DNA of 64,000 bases from Auanema rhodensis (lineage: Eukaryota; Animalia; Nematoda). A program made the translations under genes and the position numbers. The notes below the pieces were generated by a model, which was not told the DNA's origin, ran no database searches, and saw only the letters and a list, made by a program, of their open reading frames with translations. Below are positions 29,143-42,900 of this stretch, in pieces. Where the stretch lies: contig OZ059896.1 in the NCBI GenBank assembly GCA_964057225.1, positions 744,001 to 808,000 of the forward strand, read 5' to 3'. The stretch's first letter is position 1. Each line of letters starts with the position of its first letter.

Positions 29143-32100
29143 ACCAATATCAATAAAAATTTGTTTTTAGACTAATATGGACATGGGGAATCTAATTTTG
29201 AAAACCGCATCTCTTTATCTTTCACGTGAAGCGAGTTACATACCAAGTGCACATCACGTGTACATTTAATTAGCATAAATTAAAGTTCACGTAAATTTCA
29301 AAGTCATGGTTACCATGAACCAATATCAATAAAAATTTGTTTTTAGACTAATATGGACATGGGGAATCTAATTTCGAAAACCGCATCTCTTTATCTTTCA
29401 CGTGAAGCGAGTTACATACCAAGTGCACATCACGTGTACATTTAATTAGCATAAATTAAAGTTCACGTAAATTTCAAAGTCATGGTTACCATGAACCAAT
29501 ATCAATAAAAATTTGTTTTTAGACTAATATGGACATGGGAAATCTAATTTTGAAAACCGCATCTCTTTATCTTTCACGTGAAGCGAGTTACATACCAAGT
29601 GCACATCACGTGTACATTTAATTAGTATAAATTAAAGTTCACGTAAATTTCAAAGTCATGGTTACCATGAACCAGTATCAATAAAAATTTGTTTTTAGAC
29701 TAATATGGACATGGGAAATCTAATTTTGAAAACCGCATCTCTTTATCTTTTACGTGAAGCTAGTTACATACCAAGTGCACATCACGTGTACATTTAATTA
29801 GCATAAATTAAAGTTCACGTAAATTTCAAAGTCATGGTTACCATGCACCAATATCAATAAAAATTTGTTTTTAGACTAATATGGACATGGGGAATCTAAT
29901 TTTGAAAACCGCATCTCTTTATCTTTCACGTGAAGCGAGTTACATACCAAGTGCACATGACGTGTACATTTAATTAGCATAAATTAAAGTTCACGTAAAT
30001 TTCAAAGTCATGGTTACCATGAACCAATATCAATAAAAATTTGTTTTTAGACTAATATGGACATGGGGAATCTAATTTCGAAAACCGCATCTCTTTATCT
30101 TTCACGTGAAGCGAGTTACATACCAAGTGCACATCACGTGTACATTTAATTAGCATAAATTAAAGTTCACGTAAATTTCAAAGTCATGGTTACCATGAAC
30201 CAATATCAATAAAAATTTGTTTTTAGACTAATATGGACATGGGAAATCTAATTTTGAAAACCGCATCTCTTTATCTTTCAAGTGAAGCGAGTTACATACC
30301 AAGTGCACATCACGTGTACATTTAATTAGTATAAATTAAAGTTCACGTAAATTTCAAAGTCATGGTTACCATGAACCAGTATCAATAAAAATTTGTTTTT
30401 AGACTAATATGGACATGGGAAATCTAATTTTGAAAACCGCATCTCTTTATCTTTTACGTGAAGCTAGTTACATACCAAGTGCACATCACGTGTACATTTA
30501 ATTAGCATAAATTAAAGTTCACGTAAATTTCAAAGTCATGGTTACCATGAACCAATATCAATAAAAATTTGTTTTTAGACTAATATGGACATGGGGAATC
30601 TAATTTTGAAAACCGCATCTCTTTATCTTTCACGTGAAGCGAGTTACATACCAAGTGCACATCACGTGTACATTTAATTAGCATAAATTAAAGTTCACGT
30701 AAATTTCAAAGTCATGGTTACCATGAACCAATATCAATAAAAATTTGTTTTTAGACTAATATGGACATGGGGAATCTAATTTCGAAAACCGCATCTCTTT
30801 ATCTTTCACGTGAAGCGAGTTACATACCAAGTGCACATCACGTGTACATTTAATTAGCATAAATTAAAGTTCACGTAAATTTCAAAGTCATGGTTACCAT
30901 GAACCAATATCAATAAAAATTTGTTTTTAGACTAATATGGACATGGGAAATCTAATTTTGAAAACCGCATCTCTTTATCTTTTACGTGAAGCGAGTTACA
31001 TACCAAGTGCACATCACGTGTACATTTAATTAGCATAAATTAAAGTTCACGTAAATTTCAAAGTCATGGTTACCATGAACCAGTATCAATAAAAATTTGT
31101 TTTTAGACTAATATGGACATGGGAAATCTAATTTTGAAAACCGCATCTCTTTATCTTTTACGTGAAGCTAGTTACATACCAAGTGCACATCACGTGTACA
31201 TTTAATTAGCATAAATTAAAGTTCACGTAAATTTCAAAGTCATGGTTACCATGAACCAATATCAATAAAAATTTGTTTTTAGACTAATATGGACATGGGA
31301 AATCTAATTTTGAAAACCGCATCTCTTTATCTTTCACGTGAAGCGAGTTACATACCAAGTGCACATCACGTGTACATTTAATTAGTATAAATTAAAGTTC
31401 ACGTAAATTTCAAAGTCATGGTTACCATGAACCAGTATCAATAAAAATTTGTTTTTAGACTAATATGGACATGGGAAATCTAATTTTGAAAACCGCATCT
31501 CTTTATCTTTTACGTGAAGCTAGTTACATACCAAGTGCACATCACGTGTACATTTAATTAGCATAAATTAAAGTTCACGTAAATTTCAAAGTCATGGTTA
31601 CCATGCACCAATATCAATAAAAATTTGTTTTTAGACTAATATGGACATGGGGAATCTAATTTTGAAAACCGCATCTCTTTATCTTTCACGTGAAGCGAGT
31701 TACATACCAAGTGCACATGACGTGTACATTTAATTAGCATAAATTAAAGTTCACGTAAATTTCAAAGTCATGGTTACCATGAACCAATATCAATAAAAAT
31801 TTGTTTTTAGACTAATATGGACATGGGGAATCTAATTTTGAAAACCGCATCTCTTTATCTTTCACGTGAAGCGAGTTACATACCAAGTGCACATCACGTG
31901 TACATTCAATTAGCATAAATTAAAGTTCACGTAAATTTCAAAGTCATGGTGACCATGAACCAATATCAATAAAAATTTGTTTTTAGACTAATATGGACAT
32001 GGGGAATCTAATTTTGAAAACCGCATCTCTTTTTCTTTCACGTGAAGCGAGTTAGATACCAAGTGCACATCACGTGTACATTTAATTAGCATAAATTAAA

Positions 32101-35024
32101 GTTCACGTAAATTTCAAAGTCATGGTTACCATGAACCAATATCAATAAAAATTTGTAATTAGACTAATATGGACATGGGGAATCTAATTTTGGAAACCGC
32201 ATCTCTTTATCTTTCACGTGAAGCGAGTTACATACCAAGTGCACATCACGTGTACATTTAATTAGCATAAATTAAAGTTCACGTAAATTTCAAAGTCATG
32301 GTTACCATGAACCAATATCAATAAAAATTTGTTTTTAGACTAATATGGACATGGGAAATCTAATTTTGAAAACCGCATCTCTTTATCTTTCACGTGAAGC
32401 GAGTTACATACCAAGTGCACATCACGTGTACATTTAATTAGTATAAATTAAAGTTCACCTAAATTTCAAAGTCATGGTTACCATGAACCAGTATCAATAA
32501 AAATTTGTTTTTAGACTAATATGGACATGGGAAATCTAATTTTGAAAACCGCATCTCTTTATCTTTTACGTGAAGCTAGTTACATACCAAGTGCACATCA
32601 CGTGTACATTTAATTAGCATAAATTAAAGTTCACGTAAATTTCAAAGTCATGGTTACCATGAACCAATATCAATAAAAATTTGTTTTTAGACTAATATGG
32701 ACATGGGGAATCTAATTTCGAAAACCGCATCTCTTTATCTTTCACGTGAAGCGAGTTACATACCAAGTGCACATCACGTGTACATTTAATTAGCATAAAT
32801 TAAAGTTCACGTAAATTTCAAAGTCATGGTTACCATGAACCAATATCAATAAAAATTTGTTTTTAGACTAATATGGACATGGGAAATCTAATTTTGAAAA
32901 CCGCATCTCTTTATCTTTTACGTGAAGCGAGTTACATACCAAGTGCACATCACGTGTACATTTAATTAGTATAAATTAAAGTTCACGTAAATTTCAAAGT
33001 CATGGTTACCATGAACCAGTATCAATAAAAATTTGTTTTTAGACTAATATGGACATGGGAAATCTAATTTTGAAAACCGCATCTCTTTATCTTTTACGTG
33101 AAGCTAGTTTCATACCAAGTGCACATCACGTGTACATTTAATTAGCATAAATTAAAGTTCACGTAAATTTCAAAGTCATGGTTACCATGAACCAGTATCA
33201 ATAAAAATTTGTTTTTAGACTAATATGGACATGGGAAATCTAATTTTGAAAACCGCATCTCTTTATCTTTTACGTGAAGCTAGTTACATACCAAGTGCAC
33301 ATCACGTGTACATTTAATTAGTATAAATTAAAGTTCACGTAAATTTCAAAGTCATGGTTACCATGAACCAGTATCAATAAAAATTTGTTTTTAGACTAAT
33401 ATGGACATGGGAAATCTAATTTCAAAAACCGCATCTCTTTATCTTTCACGTGAAGCGAGTTACATACCAAGTGCACATCACGTGTACATTTAATTAGTAT
33501 AAATTAAAGTTCACGTAAATTTCAAAGTCATGGTTACCATGAACCAGTATCAATAAAAATTTGTTTTTAGACTAATATGGACATGGGAAATCTAATTTTG
33601 AGAACCGCATCTCTTTATCTTTTACGTGAAGCTAGTTACATACCAAGTGCACATCACGTATACATTTAATTAGCATAAATTAAAGTTCACGTAAATTTCA
33701 AAGTCATGGTTACCATGCACCAATATCAATAAAAATTTGTTTTTAGACTAATATGGACATGGGGAATCTAATTTTGAAAACCGCATCTCTTTATCTTTCA
33801 CGTGAAGCGAGTTACATACCAAGTGCACATGACGTGTACATTTAATTAGCATAAATTAAAGTTCACGTAAATTTCAAAGTCATGGTTACCATGAACCAAT
33901 ATCAATAAAAATTTGTTTTTAGACTAATATGGACATGGGGAATCTAATTTTGGAAACCGCATCTCTTTATCTTTCACGTGAAGCGAGTTACATACCAAGT
34001 GCACATCACGTGTACATTTAATTAGCATAAATTAAAGTTCACGTAAATTTCAAAGTCATGGTTACCATGAACCAATATCAATAAAAATTTGTTTTTAGAC
34101 TAATATGGACATGGGAAATCTAATTTTGAAAACCGCATCTCTTTATCTTTCACGTGAAGCGAGTTACATACCAAGTGCACATCACGTGTACATTTAATTA
34201 GTATAAATTAAAGTTCACGTAAATTTCAAAGTCATGGTTACCATGAACCAGTATCAATAAAAATTTGTTTTTAGACTAATATGGACATGGGAAATCTAAT
34301 TTTGAAAACCGCATCTCTTTATCTTTTACGTGAAGCTAGTTACATACCAAGTGCACATCACGTGTACATTTAATTAGCATAAATTAAAGTTCACGTAAAT
34401 TTCAAAGTCATGGTTACCATGCACCAATATCAATAAAAATTTGTTTTTAGACTAATATGGACATGGGGAATCTAATTTTGAAAACCGCATCTCTTTATCT
34501 TTCACGTGAAGCGAGTTACATACCAAGTGCACATCACGTGTACATTTAATTAGCATAAATTAAAGTTCACGTAAATTTCAAAGTCATGGTTACCATGAAC
34601 CAATATCAATAAAAATTTGTTTTTAGACTAATATGGACATGGGGAATCTAATTTTGAAAACCGCATCTCTTTATCTTTCACGTGAAGCGAGTTACATACC
34701 AAGTGCACATCACGTGTACATTTAATTAGCATAAATTAAAGTTCACGTAAATTTCAAAGTCATGGTTACCATGAACCAATATCAATAAAAATTTGTTTTT
34801 AGACTAATATGGACATGGGGAATCTAATTTCGAAAACCGCATCTCTTTATCTTTCACGTGAAGCGAGTTACATACCAAGTGCACATCACGTGTACATTTA
34901 ATTAGCATAAATTAAAGTTCACGTAAATTTCAAAGTCATGGTTACCATGAACCAATATCAATAAAAATTTGTTTTTAGACTAATATGGACATGGGAAATC
35001 TAATTTTGAAAACCGCATCTCTTT

Positions 35025-38000
35025 ATCTTTTACGTGAAGCGAGTTACATACCAAGTGCACATCACGTGTACATTTAATTAGCATAAATTAAAGTTCACGT
35101 AAATTTCAAAGTCATGGTTACCATGAACCAGTATCAATAAAAATTTGTTTTTAGACTAATATGGACATGGGAAATCTAATTTTGAAAACCGCATCTCTTT
35201 ATCTTTTACGTGAAGCTAGTTACATACCAAGTGCACATCACGTGTACATTTAATTAGCATAAATTAAAGTTCACGTAAATTTCAAAGTCATGGTTACCAT
35301 GAACCAATATCAATAAAAATTTGTTTTTAGACTAATATGGACATGGGAAATCTAATTTTGAAAACCGCATCTCTTTATCTTTCACGTGAAGCGAGTTACA
35401 TACCAAGTGCACATCACGTGTACATTTAATTAGTATAAATTAAAGTTCACGTAAATTTCAAAGTCATGGTTACCATGAACCAGTATCAATAAAAATTTGT
35501 TTTTAGACTAATATGGACATGGGAAATCTAATTTTGAAAACCGCATCTCTTTATCTTTTACGTGAAGCTAGTTACATACCAAGTGCACATCACGTGTACA
35601 TTTAATTAGCATAAATTAAAGTTCACGTAAATTTCAAAGTCATGGTTACCATGCACCAATATCAATAAAAATTTGTTTTTAGACTAATATGGACATGGGG
35701 AATCTAATTTTGAAAACCGCATCTCTTTATCTTTCACGTGAAGCGAGTTACATACCAAGTGCACATGACGTGTACATTTAATTAGCATAAATTAAAGTTC
35801 ACGTAAATTTCAAAGTCATGGTTACCATGAACCAATATCAATAAAAATTTGTTTTTAGACTAATATGGACATGGGGAATCTAATTTTGAAAACCGCATCT
35901 CTTTATCTTTCACGTGAAGCGAGTTACATACCAAGTGCACATCACGTGTACATTTAATTAGCATAAATTAAAGTTCACGTAAATTTCAAAGTCATGGTGA
36001 CCATGAACCAATATCAATAAAAATTTGTTTTTAGACTAATATGGACATGGGGAATCTAATTTTGAAAACCGCATCTCTTTTTCTTTCACGTGAAGCGAGT
36101 TAGATACCAAGTGCACATCACGTGTACATTTAATTAGCATAAATTAAAGTTCACGTAAATTTCAAAGTCATGGTTACCATGAACCAATATCAATAAAAAT
36201 TTGTAATTAGACTAATATGGACATGGGGAATCTAATTTTGGAAACCGCATCTCTTTATCTTTCACGTGAAGCGAGTTACATACCAAGTGCACATCACGTG
36301 TACATTTAATTAGCATAAATTAAAGTTCACGTAAATTTCAAAGTCATGGTTACCATGAACCAGTATCAATAAAAATTTGTTTTTAGACTAATATGGACAT
36401 GGGAAATCTAATTTTGAAAACCGCATCTCTTTATCTTTCACGTGAAGCGAGTTACATACCAAGTGCACATCACGTGTACATTTAATTAGTATAAATTAAA
36501 GTTCACGTAAATTTCAAAGTCATGGTTACCATGAACCAGTATCAATAAAAATTTGTTTTTAGACTAATATGGACATGGGAAATCTAATTTTGAAAACCGC
36601 ATCTCTTTATCTTTTACGTGAAGCTAGTTACATACCAAGTGCACATCACGTGTACATTTAATTAGCATAAATTAAAGTTCACGTAAATTTCAAAGTCATG
36701 GTTACCATGCACCAATATCAATAAAAATTTGTTTTTAGACTAATATGGACATGGGGAATCTAATTTTGAAAACCGCATCTCTTTATCTTTCACGTGAAGC
36801 GAGTTACATACCAAGTGCACATCACGTGTACATTTAATTAGCATAAATTAAAGTTCACGTAAATTTCAAAGTCATGGTTACCATGAACCAATATCAATAA
36901 AAATTTGTTTTTAGACTAATATGGACATGGGGAATCTAATTTTGAAAACCGCATCTCTTTATCTTTCACGTGAAGCGAGTTACATACCAAGTGCACATCA
37001 CGTGTACATTTAATTAGCATAAATTAAAGTTCACGTAAATTTCAAAGTCATGGTTACCATGAACCAATATCAATAAAAATTTGTTTTTAGACTAATATGG
37101 ACATGGGAAATCTAATTTTGAAAACCGCATCTCTTTATCTTTTACGTGAAGCGAGTTACATACCAAGTGCACATCACGTGTACATTTAATTAGTATAAAT
37201 TAAAGTTCACGTAAATTTCAAAGTCATGATTACCATGAACCAGTATCAATAAAAATTTGTTTTTAGACTAATATGGACATGGGAAATCTAATTTTGAAAA
37301 CCGCATCTCTTTATCTTTTACGTGAAGCTAGTTTCATACCAAGTGCACATCACGTGTACATTTAATTAGCATAAATTAAAGTTCACGTAAATTTCAAAGT
37401 CATGGTTACCATGAACCAGTATCAATAAAAATTTGTTTTTAGACTAATATGGACATGGGAAATCTAATTTTGAAAACCGCATCTCTTTATCTTTTACGTG
37501 AAGCGAGTTACATACCAAGTGCACATCACGTGTACATTTAATTAGCATAAATTAAAGTTCACGTAAATTTCAAAGTCATGGTTACCATGAACCAGTATCA
37601 ATAAAAATTTGTTTTTAGACTAATATGGACATGGGAAATCTAATTTTGAAAACCGCATCTCTTTATCTTTTACGTGAAGCTAGTTACATACCAAGTGCAC
37701 ATCACGTGTACATTTAATTAGCATAAATTAAAGTTCACGTAAATTTCAAAGTCATGGTTACCATGAACCAATATCAATAAAAATTTGTTTTTAGACTAAT
37801 ATGGACATGGGAAATCTAATTTTGAAAACCGCATCTCTTTATCTTTCACGTGAAGCGAGTTACATACCAAGTGCACATCACGTGTACATTTAATTAGTAT
37901 AAATTAAAGTTCACGTAAATTTCAAAGTCATGGTTACCATGAACCAGTATCAATAAAAATTTGTTTTTAGACTAATATGGACATGGGAAATCTAATTTTG

Positions 38001-39952
38001 AAAACCGCATCTCTTTATCTTTTACGTGAAGCTAGTTACATACCAAGTGCACATCACGTGTACATTTAATTAGCATAAATTAAAGTTCACGTAAATTTCA
38101 AAGTCATGGTTACCATGCACCAATATCAATAAAAATTTGTTTTTAGACTAATATGGACATGGGGAATCTAATTTTGAAAACCGCATCTCTTTATCTTTCA
38201 CGTGAAGCGAGTTACATACCAAGTGCACATGACGTGTACATTTAATTAGCATAAATTAAAGTTCACGTAAATTTCAAAGTCATGGTTACCATGAACCAAT
38301 ATCAATAAAAATTTGTTTTTAGACTAATATGGACATGGGGAATCTAATTTTGAAAACCGCATCTCTTTATCTTTCACGTGAAGCGAGTTACATACCAAGT
38401 GCACATCACGTGTACATTCAATTAGCATAAATTAAAGTTCACGTAAATTTCAAAGTCATGGTGACCATGAACCAATATCAATAAAAATTTGTTTTTAGAC
38501 TAATATGGACATGGGGAATCTAATTTTGAAAACCGCATCTCTTTTTCTTTCACGTGAAGCGAGTTAGATACCAAGTGCACATCACGTGTACATTTAATTA
38601 GCATAAATTAAAGTTCACGTAAATTTCAAAGTCATGGTTACCATGAACCAATATCAATAAAAATTTGTAATTAGACTAATATGGACATGGGGAATCTAAT
38701 TTTGGAAACCGCATCTCTTTATCTTTCACGTGAAGCGAGTTACATACCAAGTGCACATCACGTGTACATTTAATTAGCATAAATTAAAGTTCACGTAAAT
38801 TTCAAAGTCATGGTTACCATGAACCAGTATCAATAAAAATTTGTTTTTAGACTAATATGGACATGGGAAATCTAATTTTGAAAACCGCATCTCTTTATCT
38901 TTCACGTGAAGCGAGTTACATACCAAGTGCACATCACGTGTACATTTAATTAGTATAAATTAAAGTTCACGTAAATTTCAAAGTCATGGTTACCATGAAC
39001 CAGTATCAATAAAAATTTGTTTTTAGACTAATATGGACATGGGAAATCTAATTTTGAAAACCGCATCTCTTTATCTTTTACGTGAAGCTAGTTACATACC
39101 AAGTGCACATCACGTGTACATTTAATTAGCATAAATTAAAGTTCACGTAAATTTCAAAGTCATGGTTACCATGCACCAATATCAATAAAAATTTGTTTTT
39201 AGACTAATATGGACATGGGGAATCTAATTTTGAAAACCGCATCTCTTTATCTTTCACGTGAAGCGAGTTACATACCAAGTGCACATCACGTGTACATTTA
39301 ATTAGCATAAATTAAAGTTCACGTAAATTTCAAAGTCATGGTTACCATGAACCAATATCAATAAAAATTTGTTTTTAGACTAATATGGACATGGGGAATC
39401 TAATTTTGAAAACCGCATCTCTTTATCTTTCACGTGAAGCGAGTTACATACCAAGTGCACATCACGTGTACATTTAATTAGCATAAATTAAAGTTCACGT
39501 AAATTTCAAAGTCATGGTTACCATGAACCAATATCAATAAAAATTTGTTTTTAGACTAATATGGACATGGGAAATCTAATTTTGAAAACCGCATCTCTTT
39601 ATCTTTTACGTGAAGCGAGTTACATACCAAGTGCACATCACGTGTACATTTAATTAGTATAAATTAAAGTTCACGTAAATTTCAAAGTCATGATTACCAT
39701 GAACCAGTATCAATAAAAATTTGTTTTTAGACTAATATGGACATGGGAAATCTAATTTTGAAAACCGCATCTCTTTATCTTTTACGTGAAGCTAGTTTCA
39801 TACCAAGTGCACATCACGTGTACATTTAATTAGCATAAATTAAAGTTCACGTAAATTTCAAAGTCATGGTTACCATGAACCAGTATCAATAAAAATTTGT
39901 TTTTAGACTAATATGGACATGGGAAATCTAATTTTAAAAACCGCATCTCTTT
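35025..39952 (+). repeat. 14-monomer (2464-bp) near-perfect tandem duplication: 35025-37488 / 37489-39952
   Basis: Rare G93A lies at 37229 and 39693 (offset 2464), each followed by an A22T monomer. The variant strings match monomer by monomer except T51C and G160A in copy 2. Confidence 0.88.
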
Positions 39953-42900
39953 ATCTTTTACGTGAAGCTAGTTACATACCAAGTGCACATCACGTGTACA
40001 TTTAATTAGCATAAATTAAAGTTCACGTAAATTTCAAAGTCATGGTTACCATGCACCAATATCAATAAAAATTTGTTTTTAGACTAATATGAACATGGGG
40101 AATCTAATTTTGAAAACCGCATCTCTTTATCTTTCACGTGAAGCGAGTTACATACCAAGTGCACATGACGTGTACATTTAATTAGCATAAATTAAAGTTC
40201 ACGTAAATTTCAAAGTCATGGTTACCATGAACCAATATCAATAAAAATTTGTTTTTAGACTAATATGGACATGGGGAATCTAATTTTGAAAACCGCATCT
40301 CTTTATCTTTCACGTGAAGCGAGTTACATACCAAGTGCACATCACGTGTACATTTAATTAGCATAAATTAAAGTTCACGTAAATTTCAAAGTCATGGTGA
40401 CCATGAACCAATATCAATAAAAATTTGTTTTTAGACTAATATGGACATGGGGAATCTAATTTTGAAAACCGCATCTCTTTTTCTTTCACGTGAAGCGAGT
40501 TAGATACCAAGTGCACATCACGTGTACATTTAATTAGCATAAATTAAAGTTCACGTAAATTTCAAAGTCATGGTTACCATGAACCAATATCAATAAAAAT
40601 TTGTAATTAGACTAATATGGACATGGGGAATCTAATTTTGGAAACCGCATCTCTTTATCTTTCACGTGAAGCGAGTTACATACCAAGTGCACATCACGTG
40701 TACATTTAATTAGCATAAATTAAAGTTCACGTAAATTTCAAAGTCATGGTTACCATGAACCAATATCAATAAAAATTTGTTTTTAGACTAATATGGACAT
40801 GGGAAATCTAATTTTGAAAACCGCATCTCTTTATCTTTCACGTGAAGCGAGTTACATACCAAGTGCACATCACGTGTACATTTAATTAGTATAAATTAAA
40901 GTTCACGTAAATTTCAAAGTCATGGTTACCATGAACCAGTATCAATAAAAATTTGTTTTTAGACTAATATGGACATGGGAAATCTAATTTTGAAAACCGC
41001 ATCTCTTTATCTTTTACGTGAAGCTAGTTACATACCAAGTGCACATCACGTGTACATTTAATTAGCATAAATTAAAGTTCACGTAAATTTCAAAGTCATG
41101 GTTACCATGCACCAATATCAATAAAAATTTGTTTTTAGACTAATATGGACATGGGAAATCTAATTTTGAAAACCGCATCTCTTTATCTTTCACGTGAAGC
41201 GAGTTACATACCAAGTGCACATCACGTGTACATTTAATTAGCATAAATTAAAGTTCACGTAAATTTCAAAGTCATGGTTACCATGCACCAATATCAATAA
41301 AAATTTGTTTTTAGACTAATATGGACATGGGGAATCTAATTTTGAAAACCGCATCTCTTTATCTTTCACGTGAAGCGAGTTACATACCAAGTGCACATCA
41401 CGTGTACATTTAATTAGCATAAATTAAAGTTCACGTAAATTTCAAAGTCATGGTTACCATGAACCAATATCAATAAAAATTTGTTTTTAGACTAAAATGG
41501 ACATGGGGAATCTAATTTTGAAAATCGCATCTCTTTATCTTTCACGTGAAGCGAGTTACATACCAAGTGCACATCACGTGTACATTTAATTAGCATAAAT
41601 TAAAGTTCACGTAAATTTCAAAGTCATGGTTACCATGAACCAATATCAATAAAAATTTGTTTTTAGACTAATATGGACATGGGGAATCTAATTTTGAAAA
41701 CCGCATCTCTTTATCTTTCACGTGAAGCGAGTTACATACCAAGTGCACATCACGTGTACATTTAATTAGCATAAATTAAAGTTCACGTAAATTTCAAAGT
41801 CATGGTTACCATGAACCAATATCAATAAAAATTTGTTTTTAGACTAAAATGAACATGGGGAATCTAATTTTGAAAATCGCATCTCTTTATCTTTCACGTG
41901 AAGCGAGTTACATACCAAGTGCACATCACGTGTACATTTAATTAGCATAAATTAAAGTTCACGTAAATTTCAAAGTCATGGTTACCATGAACCAATATCA
42001 ATAAAAATTTGTTTTTAGACTAATATGGACATGGGAAATCTAATTTTGAAAACCGCATCTCTTTATCTTTTACGTGAAGCGAGTTACATACCAAGTGCAC
42101 ATCACGTGTACATTTAATTAGTATAAATTAAAGTTCACGTAAATTTCAAAGTCATGGTTACCATGAACCAGTATCAATAAAAATTTGTTTTTAGACTAAT
42201 ATGGACATGGGAAATCTAATTTTGAAAACCGCATCTCTTTATCTTTTACGTGAAGCTAGTTACATACCAAGTGCACATCACGTGTACATTTAATTAGCAT
42301 AAATTAAAGTTCACGTAAATTTCAAAGTCATGGTTACCATGAACCAGTATCAATAAAAATTTGTTTTTAGACTAATATGGACATGGGGAATCTAATTTTG
42401 AAAACCGCATCTCTTTATCTTTCACGTGAAGCGAGTTACATACCAAGTGCACATGACGTGTACATTTAATTAGCATAAATTAAAGTTCACGTAAATTTCA
42501 AAGTCATGGTTACCATGAACCAATATCAATAACAATTTGTTTTTAGACTAATATGGACATGGGGAATCTAATTTTGAAAACCGCATCTCTTTATCTTTCA
42601 CGTGAAGCGAGTTACATACCAAGTGCACATCACGTGTACATTTAATTAGCATAAATTAAAGTTCACGTAAATTTCAAAGTCATGGTGACCATGAACCAAT
42701 ATCAATAAAAATTTGTTTTTAGACTAATATGGACATGGGGAATCTAATTTTGAAAACCGCATCTCTTTATCTTTCACGTGAAGCGAGTTACATACCAAGT
42801 GCACATCACGTGTACATTTAATTAGCATAAATTAAAGTTCACGTAAATTTCAAAGTCATGGTTACCATGAACCAATATCAATAAAAATTTGTTTTTAGAC

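Larger units (their letters stand above)
29041..29216 (+). repeat. Representative exact-consensus 176-bp monomer
   Basis: Matches the majority base at every position; another such copy is at 1233-1408. Hand count: 56/176 G+C (30 C, 26 G) and 5 CpG. Confidence 0.95.
25873..36256 (+). repeat. ~16-monomer block duplicated at a 43-monomer (7568-bp) offset: 25873-28688 vs 33441-36256
   Basis: Rare markers A162G (TGAGAACC), G44A (CACGTATAC) and the C39G+A161G monomer occur in the same order in both copies, followed by a near-identical monomer series. Confidence 0.8.

Noticed and set aside
29133-29145. RFX X-box-like motif GTTACCATGAAC
   Set aside because: Only one good half-site is present; the second half lacks the RGYAAC spacing, and the region is frequently mutated (C97T, C98A, A102C).
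29077-29170. Resemblance to a budding-yeast point centromere: ATCACGTG (CDEI-like), a 77-bp spacer, then TGTTTTT (like the start of CDEIII)
   Set aside because: The spacer is only about 77% AT (CDEII is above 90%), the essential CCG core of CDEIII is absent at the required position, and point centromeres are single-copy. Likely coincidence.
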